From the NCBI GenBank assembly GCA_964019335.1, contig OZ025736.1:1-64000 (forward strand): a DNA stretch of 64,000 nt. Reading direction: 5' to 3'. The stretch is from Diplonema japonicum. Taxonomy: Eukaryota; Protista; Euglenozoa: Diplonemea. The notes beneath the pieces were generated by a model. It did not search any database, was not told the origin of the DNA, and worked only from the letters and a program-made list of their open reading frames with translations. This document shows positions 12,199 through 25,972 of this stretch, piece by piece. Each line of letters opens with the position of its first letter. The first letter of the stretch is position 1. A program made the translations under genes and the position numbers.

Positions 12199-15100
12199 TC
12201 AGTAAGCTCCAAACGGTGATCTTGGAGAGTGCAAGACTGTGGTGTCAGAACGGTAGGGCGACCTGGGAGCCGGATCATCATACGTGAGGTGGCGAGAGGT
12301 GGGGGTATAAGACTTCATAATCTCCTGGTGAGTACGTTCTAAAGCAACGTTCTTATAAGTTGTCTCCTGCTCGACCTCGCGGGTGAGCTTTCTTGTAGTG
12401 ATGCCCATGAGGAGTTCATTCTGCTTCAGCCCGTGAACAGAGGTGTTTAAGGAGCGAACCTCACTGTCTGCCATATGTTTGGAAAAGTTGGCATCTTCCA
12501 GCTCTCTTTTCAACTTCTCCTCCCTCATTTTAAACAAGGTAACTTCTTTCTTCATGGATATGACTTCATTCTCCATTTCCATCATGTTTCTGCGGAGACT
12601 GGAAGCTTCTCGTTCCGAAGCTTCAAGGCTGTTTTCCAGTTTTCGAACTTCTGTCATGTGGCCGGACCGTTCTGTGTCGGTGTGCCGCATTTGTGATCGC
12701 ATTGCCGAGTAGTGAGCTCGTGACCCTGTGTCTCCTTGAGGGGTTTCCTTTCCGCTCTTTTCTGTGTGCATCAATTTTGTTTTCAGTACACCGACTTCTT
12801 TGACGGCTTCCTGTTGAGCTCGTCGGATAGCAATGTCGCTTTCCCGTTCAACGCGTCGGGATTTTGTTTCCGCTTCAAGAAGCTTTGCTTGAAGGGATCC
12901 CCTGTCGCTTGCTGTCCGGCGGATCTCGTCGTTGGCGGCAGCTAGTTCGCTCGTCGACTGTGCGTGGCGTGCTTTCACCCTTTCCAGCTCTTTTTTTACT
13001 ATAGCTAGCTCATGGTTGGCTTTGCGTGTTTTTTCGTACTGGTCGGCTTGTTCCACTTGTAGCATGTGCAGTTCCTTCATCTTTGCTTGTGTTTCTACTT
13101 GTGCCGTGTTGCTCTTGTACTGTATCTCTTCTGTGCGTTTCTCGGTGCGGCGTCTCAGCTGCGCGATGGTTTCTGTTTTGTTCTCCAGCTCTCCCACCAT
13201 TGAGTCGTGCTGCCGCTTGAACGTCAATGTTTCTGCCGCTGCTCTCGACTTTGCTACCTCTAATGCTGTTTTCAGATCGGTGATTTCCCGTTCGAGGTTT
13301 TGTGTTGCTGATCTGTGCGTTGACTCTGAGTCGAGTAAGGCCTTCTTCCCTGCTTTGGACTCTGCCCGCAGACGGATCACATCATCTTTTAGAGCCCTGA
13401 ACTCCCTCTCAAGATCCTCGTGTTCCTCAGCAAGCTGCCGTGCTTTGTTCTCCCCCGCTTGCATGCTCATCATGGCGTTGTCGCGGTCTTCTTGCAGTTG
13501 TTCGACCAACTTGTCCATTTGTCTGGAGTCCATTCGTTCCCTTTCCAGCTCTTTTTCAACGGAAGCTGCCCGTTCGGCTTGTCTTGCGAGTTCCCTCGAC
13601 AAGTCTTCAGACGCGTGCTGCTTTCTGGGTGACGGCGAGGAGGCTCGCTCTGTCACCATGGAGGCAATGCGCTGCCCCGCGTTCTTCAAGGTCCGCTCGC
13701 GCTCCTCCAGCTGGATGCCCAAGCTCTCCGCTCTCGCCTTGGCTGCTGCTGCTTCACGCTGTGCTGTGACAATATCCCCTTCAAGGCGTATGCATTTCGA
13801 GGTCAGTTTTTCCTCTGTGTCCGACACTGACCTGCTCACCTTGGCCAATCCACGTCGTGCCTCTGCTGCATCTGCTTCTGCTTTTTCCCTGCTCAGTTTC
13901 TCGTCGTTCAGCTGCTTTCTGTGCCATCCTTCCATGTCCACCATCCTGATCTTGGCTTGATCCAGCTGCAGTTCGTATTCGGACTCAGCCGACTGCCTCT
14001 CTTGCTTCAGCTTGCTGATCTGGCCTTCAAGACCTTCAATGACTCGGATTTGTCGTGTGCTGTCTGCAGAAGCTGCGCGCAGCTGTGCCGTGAAGCTGCT
14101 GGCTGCATTGCCCGCTTCCTGTTTCTGCACGTCGAGGCGCAGTTCGTATTCTTTCTTTGCGTTTTCTTGCATGCGCCGCATCTCTTCGATTTGAAGCTTG
14201 CACTTCCCGATCGCTGTTTCTGCGGTTTCCCTGTCTTGCTCCTTCTCCTTCCGCAGGGCATTGAGCGTGTTCTGAATGTGTTCTATTTTTTCGTCGGCAG
14301 CGCGTTTAGTATGCTGCTTCCCTGCCTCAAGGGCGGTCTCGGTGGCACGGTCGATTTCCCTGCGCAGGTCCTCCTCAACACGTTGGTGCTTGCCTTGAAG
14401 AGCATCGTACTTCTCGTCGTGTGCTTGGACGAGCTTGCGCCGTTCTTCTTCCATGGAATCCTCTGTTGCGTGTAAGTCGCTGCGGATGGTGGAAATTTGT
14501 TCGGCGAGTTCAGTCTCTCGTGCGGTGTGGCGTTCCGCTTCCTTTGTGATGGCCTTGGTGAGCAGATCGATCTGTTGGTCAGAGGAGGTCTGCACGTCTT
14601 GGCGTTGCTTCTCGATTTCCAAGATGCGAGTGGTCAAGCCGTTGATGTCGCTTATGTGTTTTTGCTGTATTCCGTGGAGCTCCGCTTCACGCGCGGCGGC
14701 TTCGCTGATGTTGTCGCGTAAACCGCGTTCTATTTTGCGCATTTCGGCTATAGCGTCGTCGTGTTTTGTGTTTGCCTCGCGGAGGGACTCGCCAGCACGC
14801 AGTTCCTGTTCATCAAGCCGCTCCTGAAGAGTCGCTACGTTGTCCTTCAGGAAGCTGATTTTCTTTTCGTCAGATAGTATTGTGTTCTTGGACTCTGTCA
14901 GTTGTTTTTCGACAGCGTCGCACTGCAGCTGTATCTTGATGGTGGCTTGGTTGAGATCGTCGATTGCGCTGTCAGCCTTTACAAGCTCGGCGTCGCGTGA
15001 CTGCCGTTCTGCGTTCAGAACATCCCGCCATTTTGCGTCGTTCTCTTCTAGAAGTCTTCTGTGGTGGTCAGCCGTCACTTCTGCTCCTTCTTTTGTCTCT

Positions 15101-16643
15101 TTCAATTCTCTCCGGACCTCTGCTTCCGTGTTCTTCATATCGCGTACTTCTACTGCGATCTCCCTCTCCTTTATCGACAGTTCTTTTTTTGCTTCGCTGA
15201 AAGCGGATTTTGCGTTCTCCAGCTCGAGTTGCAGCTGGTTGATTTCGGCGCTCTTCCTGTCGCTTAGCTGGTGGAGTCGTCCTTCTAACTGTGTAATCTC
15301 CTGCACCTTCTTCGTTGTTTCCAGCCGCATTTTCCCCTCTGTGATCTCCATTTTCTCTTTAGCTCGCTCGGCTTCAGCTTGCACTGCGGTTTGTCTCTTC
15401 TCTGCGATATCCTTGTCGTTCTCTGCATTTTCCAGCAGCTTTTCAAGGTTCTTGATGCTCGCGCGCAGTTCTGTTTCGAGCTGGCCTGCCTAGAGGGGGG
15501 GGGTGGGGGGGTGGGGAAAGTTCTTCAAGAAAAAATAGTAATAATAATAATACCTCCGCGTTCTGTTTGACGAGCTCGGAGTTCTTGTCGCTGATTACGT
15601 TCTTGAGACGCTCGATCTGTGAAAAGAGATAATTCATAACCAAAAAAAAAAAAAAAAAATACTTCGTTGCGAGCGTCCTTGCTTATGGTGGGTGTGCTGG
15701 GGGGAAGCGGCAGCTCGTACGCAGCTTCTGCGGTGGCGGCGGCTTCGTTGCCGAGGTTGCCCAACATTTCTCGAAGGTCGACGACCTTCTTGCGTTCCTT
15801 GTCGGCCTCGGTGCGGAGGGCGGCGATCTCGGCCTCAAGTTTGGTGTTGCTGTCTATTTTGTCGTTCAGCTTACGAGTGAAGGCTTCTACCTCGGTGAGA
15901 GCTTCTTGGCGTTGGAGTTCGAGAGCATCTAAGTCGTCCTTGTGGCGTGCTTCTGTGGCTCGCTTTTCACGGCCGAGTTTTTCTATCTCGTCACGGATGA
16001 CAGTGATAAGATCTTTGAGCTGGGTGGCCTCTTTGGCATATGTGTCGTTTTGTGTTTTTAAGGATTTTATCTCAAGCGTTCCGTCTATTTGGGACTTTGT
16101 AAGTTTGACGAGTTGTTCGTTAGATGAAGTGAGTTTTGTCTCCAGTTCGTCCTTGCTTTGCTCCAACATTTTTAACAACTGTGTTTGTCTGTCTCCGTCT
16201 ATCGTTGCGGATTCCCTCACGGTTTTCAGATCTGATTCCAAGCGTTTTACTTTTTCCTCGTATTCCGAAATTGCGCGGGTAGCTTGGGTTAGCTCGGTTT
16301 TAGTTGTTTTGCTGTTCGTGGTCAGCTCCTCGTGTTGCTCCTTCAGCTCGTTCATTTCCTTGACAATTTCCTCGAGGTCTACTATTTTTTTGCAGAGTTC
16401 CTCTGATTCCTTTTCCATCTCCTCTTTGCTTGTCTTGTTTTCGTGGTCTTGCTCCTCAATGGTTTCCTCCAGGGTCTGAACCCTCTTGGAGAGTCCCGCG
16501 TTGACCTCCTTCAGGGATGCTACATCAATGAAAGCGGAGTCCTGTTTCATCCCCACTATTTTTTCAACCAATTCTTCTTTTGACATTTGGCGCAGGAAGT
16601 CTGCCTCTGAGCCGAAGCTCATGCTCATGGAACTTTCCAACAT
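12199..16643 (-). CDS. Large coiled-coil protein; introns 15490-15553, 15617-15662 and probably 15682-15720
   Basis: Three ORF-track pieces join in frame at GT-AG junctions (...KDARNE|IERLKN...QNAE|AGQLETE...). Continuous E/K/L/Q heptad composition. Confidence 0.8.
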
Positions 16644-16677
16644 TCTAGTACTGTTGTTCCCCCCTCCCTTCCCTCCC

Positions 16678-16718
<41 letters not shown>

Positions 16719-16889
16719 CCTTTTGTAAACATAGCAACGAGTTACGACAATAATAAAAATAATAATAAAAAAAGGTGAAAAGCTGGTGGTGATCCGGAAT
16801 GTAAAAAAAAAAAAAAAAGAGACATTTAAGGGTACCTGCGGTATGTGGCAGGACGCCTTAAAAAAAAAAAAAAAAAAAAACTCGATAAA

Positions 16890-17740
16890 ATTTCAGTGTG
16901 CATGGGGGTGCTCACTGTTCAGGTAGAAATTCACACTAATCGGTCACCGTTCTGCGGTTGCTGTCTGGTGCCTGCGGTGGCTGTTTGTCGCGATGAGATG
17001 GACGGCATCTGGGCGAGAAACACTGCTTGGAGTCGTGCTAGGTAGGGGGGGGTTTGGCTCGAGGAGAAGAGTGGTCTCCTGTCGTAGCCGTGTGCCGTCG
17101 GGCCCCCAAGATGTCGAAGGGTATGCACCCTTGATTTGGCGTTGGCGGGGAAGGCTGACCTTCCACAGCGTGCTGAGCATTTCTGGATGCGACCCAAGAT
17201 GTATCGCATCCTTGCGGCCTTCTCCGTGAGCAGGTCCTGATCGTCGAGGGGACCTATGAGTGACCGGCGGGTGGTCTGCTCATAGTCTATGGCGAGTTCC
17301 ATTGTAGTGACGGAAGTTTTCTTCTTACCATCGTACCATCGTAGGCCTCTTAGCCACTTGAGGACGTTCTTCAGATGAAAGGTCAGGACCGCGCCTGACG
17401 CCCCGTTCGCCTTCAGCAACGCTTCCGTCGGAACATCATGTTGCCTCCCTGTCGTTACCTCATCCCAAGGGTTGGAGGTGAGCACTCTCTTGCTTTTTTC
17501 CGCTGCTCTGGCGTCACGGACCGTCACTACTTTCAGGAGGTATTGTTGCACCATCCTGGCACGTTCTTTCCCTGCTTTGTCGGCTCCTCTTGGGACTATC
17601 CCGTGAAGGGCTGTGGCAGCTGGGAGGCCTTCTCGCTTCACCTCTGCGTATTGCTCGCTTTCCAACACACTCCTTGCCGGCTCGCACTCCCACAGTGCAT
17701 GCTCCGTCATGCTGGTCGTTGTCTGGGACCGGTGGTCGCA
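16890..17740 (-). mobile_element. 5'-truncated non-LTR retrotransposon (LINE) 3' fragment
   Basis: Frame reads C-D-H-R...TEHALWEC, the LINE ORF2 C-terminal zinc knuckle, followed by ~250 aa and a short 3' UTR hairpin shared with two solo copies. Homopolymer runs flank both sides. Confidence 0.7.
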
Positions 17741-18172
17741 AAAAAAAAAAAATCACAAAAAAAAATAAGACAAGGAAGAGGGTTTTCCCCCCTCAACCTG
17801 TTTCATTGTGCTCCCTTTTTTTGAACCTTGTACTTTTTCTCCCTCCTCTCTGTTTTCTCCATTCTCGCTTTTTTTTTTTAGGGAGGGCGGCATACGAATA
17901 AAAAAGAATATCTCTAAGAAAATAGCGGGGCAAAAAAAAAAAGAAAAAAAGAAAACTCTACGTGTGGAAAAAAACGAGAAAAAAAATTACTGAAAACGAT
18001 TTTTTTTTTTCTCTCTCTCTCTTTATGTTAGGGTTTTTTTTTTTTTTTTTTTTTTTGCTCTCTCTCTCTCGATTTACAGTAATAAAATAATATAAAAAAA
18101 AAAAGAGAGAAAAGAAAAACTAACTAGGATAATATTTCATTCTCTCTTTTTTTTTTTTTTCCTTTTTTTTTT

Positions 18173-21100
18173 TCACTTGTACGACCTGAGAATTTCCTTT
18201 GCTCGTGAGACTGATTTTCCAGTGAGTTCTGATAACACTTCATGAGCTTGGCTGAGAATTTCGGTGTCTTTGATATCTTTTGTTGCTTCGGCTGCCTTCT
18301 CGAAGGCGTCCTTCTCCTCTTGCGTCAGGGTCCTGCGCGGCCTGGAGGGGGTGGTTGCGTTCCCGCACATTGTCTCCTTGTTCGCCCAGACGTAGTTCTC
18401 GACGACGTGTTTGTCCCGGCCGACGATAGAGGCGGCTTTCTCGAACATTTCGTCTTGAGATTCTTTGTCCCAACACTTCGGCAGGTTCGCCTTCACAAAT
18501 CGCCGAAGCTTCTTGTCCTCGCTTGGCGACCATCTTGCAAGACGAAGGCTTTCAATCTCATCCTGACATCGCTTTCTCTTCAAAGATTTCCCGACCGACG
18601 TTGAAGTAGATGACGAAGATGAAGAAGATGAAGAAGGCGAACGTGAGTTAGACGATGACACCACATCTTTAGGCGTTGGTGCATTGTCGCTCAATCTATT
18701 CTTAAACACCGACGGCGGAGGAGGTGGCATTGTCGAACCAGTATAAGGCGTATTATTAGAAAATAGAGACAGCTGAGGTGTTTTTACAGGAGTGTGTCCT
18801 ACAGAACAACGCGGTATGTTTGCGTCGGGTTCGCCCTCTCGGAGCGATCTGTGAGACATTGAACGCCTTTCCTCGTAGTCACCTATGCTTATCATTAGTT
18901 GTTTTTCGTAGGTCTCTGCTGCGGCCAGTCTGACCCTAGACGAGGCGAGCTCTTTTACGTACACGTCGTTCTGCTCCTTTAGAGCATCGAACTCTGCGTT
19001 TTTCATCTTTAGGTCCGCGACCATCTCCTTGAGCATCACCTCCGCCTCTTCCTTCTCCGCCCGCTCTTGTTCAAGTTCCGTCATTAGCTTTTCGAAGTCT
19101 TGTCCCATCGCGGGTGCTTGGGTTAGGAGTCCTTGCGTTGCCTTAAAAGATGGAGTATTTTTTTTTATTTTTTTTTCTTCTTTTTTTTAAAAAAAAACGG
19201 TATAAATATACCTCTGTTGCTTGGCTGTAGGTTAGTTCCCCGCTCTTTCTTTGGGTCTGCGGGTCTTGGGATTTGTTTTGCTGTTTTTTTTTTTTTTTTT
19301 TTTATTTTTTATTTTTTATTTTATTTTTTTCTTTTACCTCGTTCACAGCCTTTGCGGATGCGAGTTCGTCCGCCAGTGCGGTGTTCTTCCTCTCCATGGA
19401 TTTGATTCTCTCCTCGAGGAGGAGTATGTTCTCACGGTTGACCCTGGCTTCTTCTCCGTGATCTTCGGCTATTTTGCGAAGTCGCTCCACCTCTGTGTTG
19501 CTAGGTGTGCACATTTCAGGGGACGAGGAGCGCACCACAGCTGCGTGGATGGCGCGTATCTCGGTCAGTTTCTCCTCGATGTCCTCCTTCTGTCCTTGGA
19601 GTCCTTTAGTTTGCCTTTTTAATCTTTCGACCTCTAGCGTCAGCAGCGTGTGTTTCTTCACCGCTTCTGCTTTGTCCTGTTCTGCATTCTTGCATTGGGT
19701 TTTTTCTCGCTGGACCTCGTTCTTAAGGTCAGCGATTACCGCCCTAAGCTTGCTAGCGTCCAAGGACTGGTCGCGCTGTTCTGCTATGGTCTTGGCGAGC
19801 GCTGCCCTTTCACGCTCCCAATCCTTGCCCCTGTTGAGCATTTCTAGGTGCAGTTCAGTAATTGTTTTAGTGCACTTGTCCCTCTCGGTGCGCATGTTGA
19901 CTGAGGAGGTAACAGCGCTGTCCTTCTCCTTGCGCAAAGCTGTGACGGTGTTGGTAAGCTTCTCACTCGCTTGTTCCAACTGACGGCATTTGTTTTTAAG
20001 CAAGGTCTCGGACTTGGTGGGGGAGGTGGGGGAGGCGGGGCGCGGGCTCAGCCTGAGGTTCTTGATGGCCTGGTTCTGCCGCTCCGCATCGCCGATGTAC
20101 GTTCTGATCTGCGCACTTAGCTTTGTGTTCTCCGCTTTGGACTCTAAGAGCTCCTGACGGAGGGATTCTGTTTTTTCATCCCATTCACCCCAACTGCCTC
20201 TGCTGTTTCTTTGCTCGGACCTGAGAGCAGTGATGGACCTTGTGAGGGCCCCGTTCTCTTGCTGCAGTTTATTGCGTTGTTCCTTGAGTTTGGCGCACTC
20301 CGCCTGCGAGTCTGCGAACTGCTCACTAAGAGGCGCAGCAGACTCGTCGTTGCTTCCAAAGGAACGGCGTGAGGCTACAGCTGGGGGTGTGAACATTTGT
20401 ATTTTGCTGTCGATTTGCGCTTCGGCTTTACGCAGCTCCTCTCTAAGCTCTGCCTCCGGGCAGTGCACGATGCCCTTCAGCCTGTTTATGAGCTGTTGAT
20501 ACTTCGATCTCATCTTTGCAGCGTTGTCCTTCTCAAGCTGCATTTCCTTCTGGCAGTCTTTAAGCCGCGCCTCGTATGCGCACGTCTCGCTCGACCTCTC
20601 TGCGTTGATCGTGCTGATCTTCTTCTGAAGCTTGAACCTCTCGTCGTTCATCTCCCTGTCATTCTCCTCTGTCCGTGTACGATGCCGGGCGTATGTGCTC
20701 CGCACATTTTCAAGCTCTTCTGTGACATGTTGCAGCTGCCGTTTGTAATCAGCGGCCTGAGCCTTCACTTCTTTTATAACCCCCGCAGACGACTGGCAGT
20801 CTGGCAACTTATCGAACGGGACAGAGGTTTCAAGCTGTTTGGTGAGGTTGACGACCTTCCTCTCCGCTTCGATCTTGTCTTTCGACTCTGCTTTCCAAAG
20901 ATCCGACAACTTCTTGTTCCCGGCCATCAAACTGGCGATTTCAGCGGATTTTTGGCTGCTCTCCTCCGCGGCCGCCTCCAAGGCCTCGTGTTCTTTGACA
21001 GCTTCCTCTGAGGCTGTGACGGCAGCGTTCGCAATCTGCACCTGCAAGGCACCGTTCTGCTCAATGATGGTCTGCATTTCCTCGCGCAGCCTCATGGAGT

Positions 21101-21677
21101 CCTTCAGCTTCTCCTGGTACCTATCTTGGTAGTGCCGCAGGCTTTCGTTCTCAGCCTTTAATGAAAGGACTTCGTTTGCTTTGTTCTGCGCTTCCTGAAG
21201 CTGCAGCTTCAAGGCACTGATCTCTAAGTCAGCGGCTGTAAGGCGATCGTCTTGTTCTTTTGAAAACGGGATTCGAGGGGCCAGTGGGGACGTTGCAGGT
21301 GACTGCGATTGCGTCTTTCTGATGGTGTGAATGACTTCCAACAAGGTGTCTGTGTTGTCCTGGCTTGCTTCAACAGGCGGGTTAAGTAGTGGGCTGGGTG
21401 AGTCTTTCGATTTCTTAAGAGTGTCGAGAACAGCATGCAGCGTCTTGCTTTCGTCCTTGCTGGCTGATCTCTCCGGAACCTCCTTTGTCCCCAGCTGCCG
21501 TATCACCTCCATAAGCGTTGTGTCGATGCTTTCGTCGATCGGTATGCCGCACCTCGGCCCTGGTAGCCGTTCTGCCCTTTTCCCCATCCCCTTTGCCAGC
21601 CTGTATGTTCTGAATAGTTTCTTTGAACAGACATCTGCAGGTAGCAATCTGGAGTCCCTCTTCCATAAGTGTTTCAT
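18173..21677 (-). CDS. Coiled-coil protein with C-terminal Myb/SANT-like repeat(s); introns 19281-19337 and 19142-19211
   Basis: In-frame joins ...KAVNE|QNKSQD...QATE|ATQGLL...MGQDFEK. C-terminal RWSPSEDKKLRRFV...FEKAASIVGRDKHVVENY is Myb-like. Start codon uncertain. Confidence 0.75.
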
Positions 21678-23193
21678 TTTCTCCTCTCCCTCCCCCCTCT
21701 GAAAAAATGGAGTTATTTCCCCCAAAAAGAAAAAAAAAAGGAAAAAGAAAAACTTAATGGACGTTGAGGGGGGGGGGGGTGGATAAAAAGTGGATGTAAA
21801 TGGGTTATAGACCTCAACACCAGCAACCCGATTCACTTGATGGGGGGAGGATGTGTTTAGCCTGTTGACGCGTCCCCTTCTGGGGGTCGCTTCCTGCTAC
21901 ACACACAAAAAAAAAAAGGCGATGTTTAGGACGGGGAAGGCTTCCTTTCACCTCTCGCTGTGTACCTCTCGTTTACCTTCTCGATTACACGGCTCAAAGA
22001 AAAGAAAAGAAAAGAAAAAAGTTTAAAGAAAAATGAAGAACAGCCCTAATGGATACTTACAGACCAGAGTCTCTTTGCCACAGAGGGAGAAAAGAAAAAT
22101 GGGGTGGGTTGAAGGGGAGAGGTCGTGTGGCATTTGATTGCCCTTCTTGAAGTCGAAAATAAATAAATAAATAAACAAACCCGCAGTCATATTAGTCAGA
22201 ATAACAACAAAAAAGAAAAAAAAAAAAACAACAAATGCCCATTACCAAGACATAACAAAAGAGGGGGTACAAATAGCAAAGTCTCAGCGTGTCACAAAGA
22301 ACTCAACCTCCGTTCTTAAGCCACTTTTTTATTGCCCTTCCTCTGGGGGGGGGGGGGGGGGGGGGATAAGCCAGTAAGACCGTGTAAAGAAGAACGAATG
22401 GAATAAAGAGAAGAAAAAAAAAAGAGTTCTTTTTTTTAGAACAGTGAGTTCAATTCAAAAAGAAGAAGAAAAAAAAAACATATATAAGAGACAAAAAAAA
22501 AAACCAGTGTTGGTGCCCTGTTGTTAAAAATAAAAGAAGAAGAGGAAGAAAAAAAAGAAAAAAAAAAACCACAATTGTATAAAAAGACTTTTTTTTTTTT
22601 TTTTGTTCCCAACCTTGCTGCACTCCCACCTGGAGCGGGAAACTCCTTGCCAATCGGTTCAGCATTCCCAAGCTTTTGTAAAAACGGTGAGTTTAGGCAA
22701 TGTCTCAACACAAGAAGAATGCAACGCAAGTCAGAAGTAAAAAGAAAGTGACCAATTTGTTTCCCCCCCTTTTTTTTGAGGTGTGCTTGTTGGTGCCCAC
22801 CAGTAAAAAAAAAGGGGGGGGATGAGATAGGGAGAACAGGGGGAAAAGAAAATACCCGTTTTTTTTAAAAATTATTGTTTGAGAGGTAGAAGGTTTCGTC
22901 AATAACGAGGGCACATCTCTCCACGTGTTCTTTCCCAACACCAATTTGAGCCCTACTTCCTATCACGTTAATTCGGCACCTAGAAGATACGAAGGGGCCC
23001 CCGTTACTCTGTCAAGGCTGTTATAAAAATATGAACTTGAACACGAATAAAGGGGGGGAGGGGAGCGAAGAACTAATTACGTTCATCTCTATAAAGCAAA
23101 TTAAAATTTGGAAAAAAAAAAAAAAAAAAAAAAAAAAAGCAAAAGCAAAAGCAAAGAGAGAAGGTTTCTTATTTTTTTTTTTTTTTTTAATAT

Positions 23194-24767
23194 GGGTCGA
23201 TTTCAAAACCCCCCCCCAAAATGAGGCCAATTGACACTTTCGTTGCATCTTTGGGCATGCCGCCCCCTTTAAAAAAAATTCTCCATATTTCCCGGCCCAT
23301 ATTAGGAAAGAACCCGGGTCAGAAATCGCTCAAGGGTGCTATTTTGACCTATGAAAAATTCAGTCTTAGGGTCAAAATCGGGTTTTAGTGGTTTTGGTAA
23401 AGTCAGAGATTATGCTTTCAATAGCAAGAAATAGCGAAACTCACTGCTAGAAGGTGGCTGAAATGATGTTGGAAGTGGAAACCTTCATTTCCTAGTCTTC
23501 TGCGGCTGAGATGTGCTGCTGCTGAGTGGGCGACCTCGTTTCTTTTTCATACTATTAGGCCTTCTACCGCATTTTGGGGGGGTTTTAAGAGGCTCATTCA
23601 TAGGTGTACTTGTGCTTTGGGCTTGTCATGGGGTGGCGAGTATTTTCGTAATTTGGTTACCATTCTTTCTCGTTTTTCAAGTCCGGGAAGGCTATCAGGA
23701 ACGTCCTCATACTCATCACAAGATTCATAGACTGGGGGCCTTTTCTCTGCCCTGTCTGCATCGAGTTCTTTGATGATGTACTTTAGTTCCTTCTAGCTCG
23801 TGGACGCACACGTAGCAAAACACCCTCCGGTGTGCTCCTGAGCTCATATGCACCTGTAAAATCCGGAAACTCAAGAATTTTCTTTTTGTACGGGCCAAAG
23901 ACATCAGTAACTACATGCACGGCACACTGTATCGTATTGGTGATGTTAGCTATTTGTTCCACAGTTTTAATTGTTGTGGAACGAGGCACCCAAAACCAAA
24001 CACGAGAGAGCACACCAAAGTGGCTGTCCCTGTTGTTTTTGCCGTGTTTCTCCCCCAGAAACCACAGGGAAAACGTCCGATCGGGATATACATAACGAAG
24101 ACCAAAAAGAACAAAGTAGCAAAATTCCTTTGCACGAAAGTGACGCCCACCGTCAGTCCAGAGTATCCACTCCATTTTTTTCTTTATTTTTTCCTGTGCC
24201 CATGCTACTGTGGAACAAGACTTTTCCAACAGTAAGGCCAGCTGCCCTTATTTCATCATGTGTGATGTGGTCAAGCCTCATGCCTCTGACCAATTGGCGC
24301 CGTGTGGTGTCTTGTTGGCTACTAAATCAACCAGAAAATGATAGCAGAAGTGCCGCTAGAAGTTCCCTTTTACACACCACTTCACAAACTAGTGCAGCAC
24401 AGTCGTTGCCACTGAGCTTCTCAAAAACCTCTGTGGCGAGTGTCCTGATCGCCGTGGTGTTCCCATTTACCCTTTCTCGGTCCGAATACCATTTTTTTTT
24501 ACCCCTAGCTTCTCAACAGCAAAAGCATCCATTTTTGTCACCCCCTCTTTTACTGAATTTGTGCAAAGTGAAAAAACCCATTTTTGCCCCTAGGACTGAA
24601 TTTTCTGGGTACTAGTAACACTCACTTTCCCATTTTCTGGGGTGTTTTCTTTCCTAACCTGGGCCGGGAAAGTTGTAGAATTTTTTTTCTTTGGGAAAAA
24701 GTACTTAGAGAAATATTGAAAGTGTCAATTGGCCTCATTTTTTTGGGGGGGGGTTTGAAACGATGCC
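23194..24767 (-). mobile_element. Degenerate DNA transposon, Sola-like
   Basis: ~48-bp imperfect TIRs (core cccccccaaaa..tgaggccaattgacactttc). ATAT on both flanks (23190-23193, 24768-24771). Remnant ORF 23783-24229 has ILWTDGGRHF and FLGEKHGKNNRDSHFG motifs. Confidence 0.75.
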
Positions 24768-25130
24768 ATATTTATATTCAATTCTGTAAAGTTACATGAG
24801 GGAAATTCTGCAGAACCATAAAAAAAAAATAATTCTTTATGACTATATGTCTTTGTTGTTCGCACGAGCAAAAAAGATTTTTAAAAAGCTGCGGAAGTTT
24901 TTTGCTCGGCACAAGTTGCATAAAGTTATAAAATCATTTTTTGAAAGATAAATATTTGTAACAAAAAAAAAAAAAAAAAAAATCAGAAATCACTTTACAT
25001 TGACGAGTAAATGCAAAGTGCAGAATAAACGTAAAGTTAACGGCTAAATTTGGTTTTAAAAAACGTGCCGTAAAAAGTAAGGCCGAAGGTTCGATTTTTT
25101 TGACCCCGATTTTCCAAAAGAAAGTTCGCG

Positions 25131-25161
<31 letters not shown>

Positions 25162-25930
25162 GAAACATAAAGCTCAGCCTTGCTCCGCCTATAATTATAG
25201 TCAATGAGAAAATTTAGCCTTATTTTTGGTAGTTTTTTCTTGGGTGTCCGAATTTCCCTCAACTTTTTTTTTTACAAAAAAAAATTAAATTAAATTCTTT
25301 TTTTTTTCTTTTTTTTTATTCTTTTTTTTTACCACGCCTAAGCTACTATGACAAACGGAAACTATGGCTGGAGATTAAGAAAGCAGATCACCTTAGTTCA
25401 GAACTCCGCTGCCACTTGGTTTTGACCACATTGACATGAATAAAAAAAATTAGAACCTTCCCTCTCCAACTTGTTGTAGCTCCCTTGTGCCGACAGGTAC
25501 TAAAAAATTGCAGATTTTTGGAAAATAGTATCTGCCTGTCATAGTGACGCTTGAGGGGTGGGGGGTGTATAAAAAAATCACGTTGGAAATAGAGTAGCTT
25601 TGTTTGTAACACATAGAAAAAAGCAAAATTATTTATAAGAAGGTATACGTGCTGGGGGGGGGGGGGGGGGGTAAGCTGTCCACAATTGCACTTTTTTTTT
25701 GGCTGTAAAAAAAAATGAAAAGAAAGAAGTTGCGAGAAAATGCTGTTTACTTGTTACTTCAAAAATAGTTTCCTTTTAGGGTTTTTTTTTTTCCTTTTTT
25801 TTTTCTTCTTTTTTTTTTTTCAATCCTGGCTTTCGCTAAAGACGAATCTAAGGCCAAGAAATGCCAGGACAAAGATAGAAACTATTTCCGAAAGACGAAC
25901 ACCCGCATTCGCTTTACCACCACCACCCTC

Positions 25931-25972
<42 letters not shown>

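Noticed and set aside
12932-16479. Long plus-strand ORFs (e.g. 342 and 270 aa, Ser-rich)
   Set aside because: Antisense shadows of E/K-rich coiled-coil codons; no independent domain signal.
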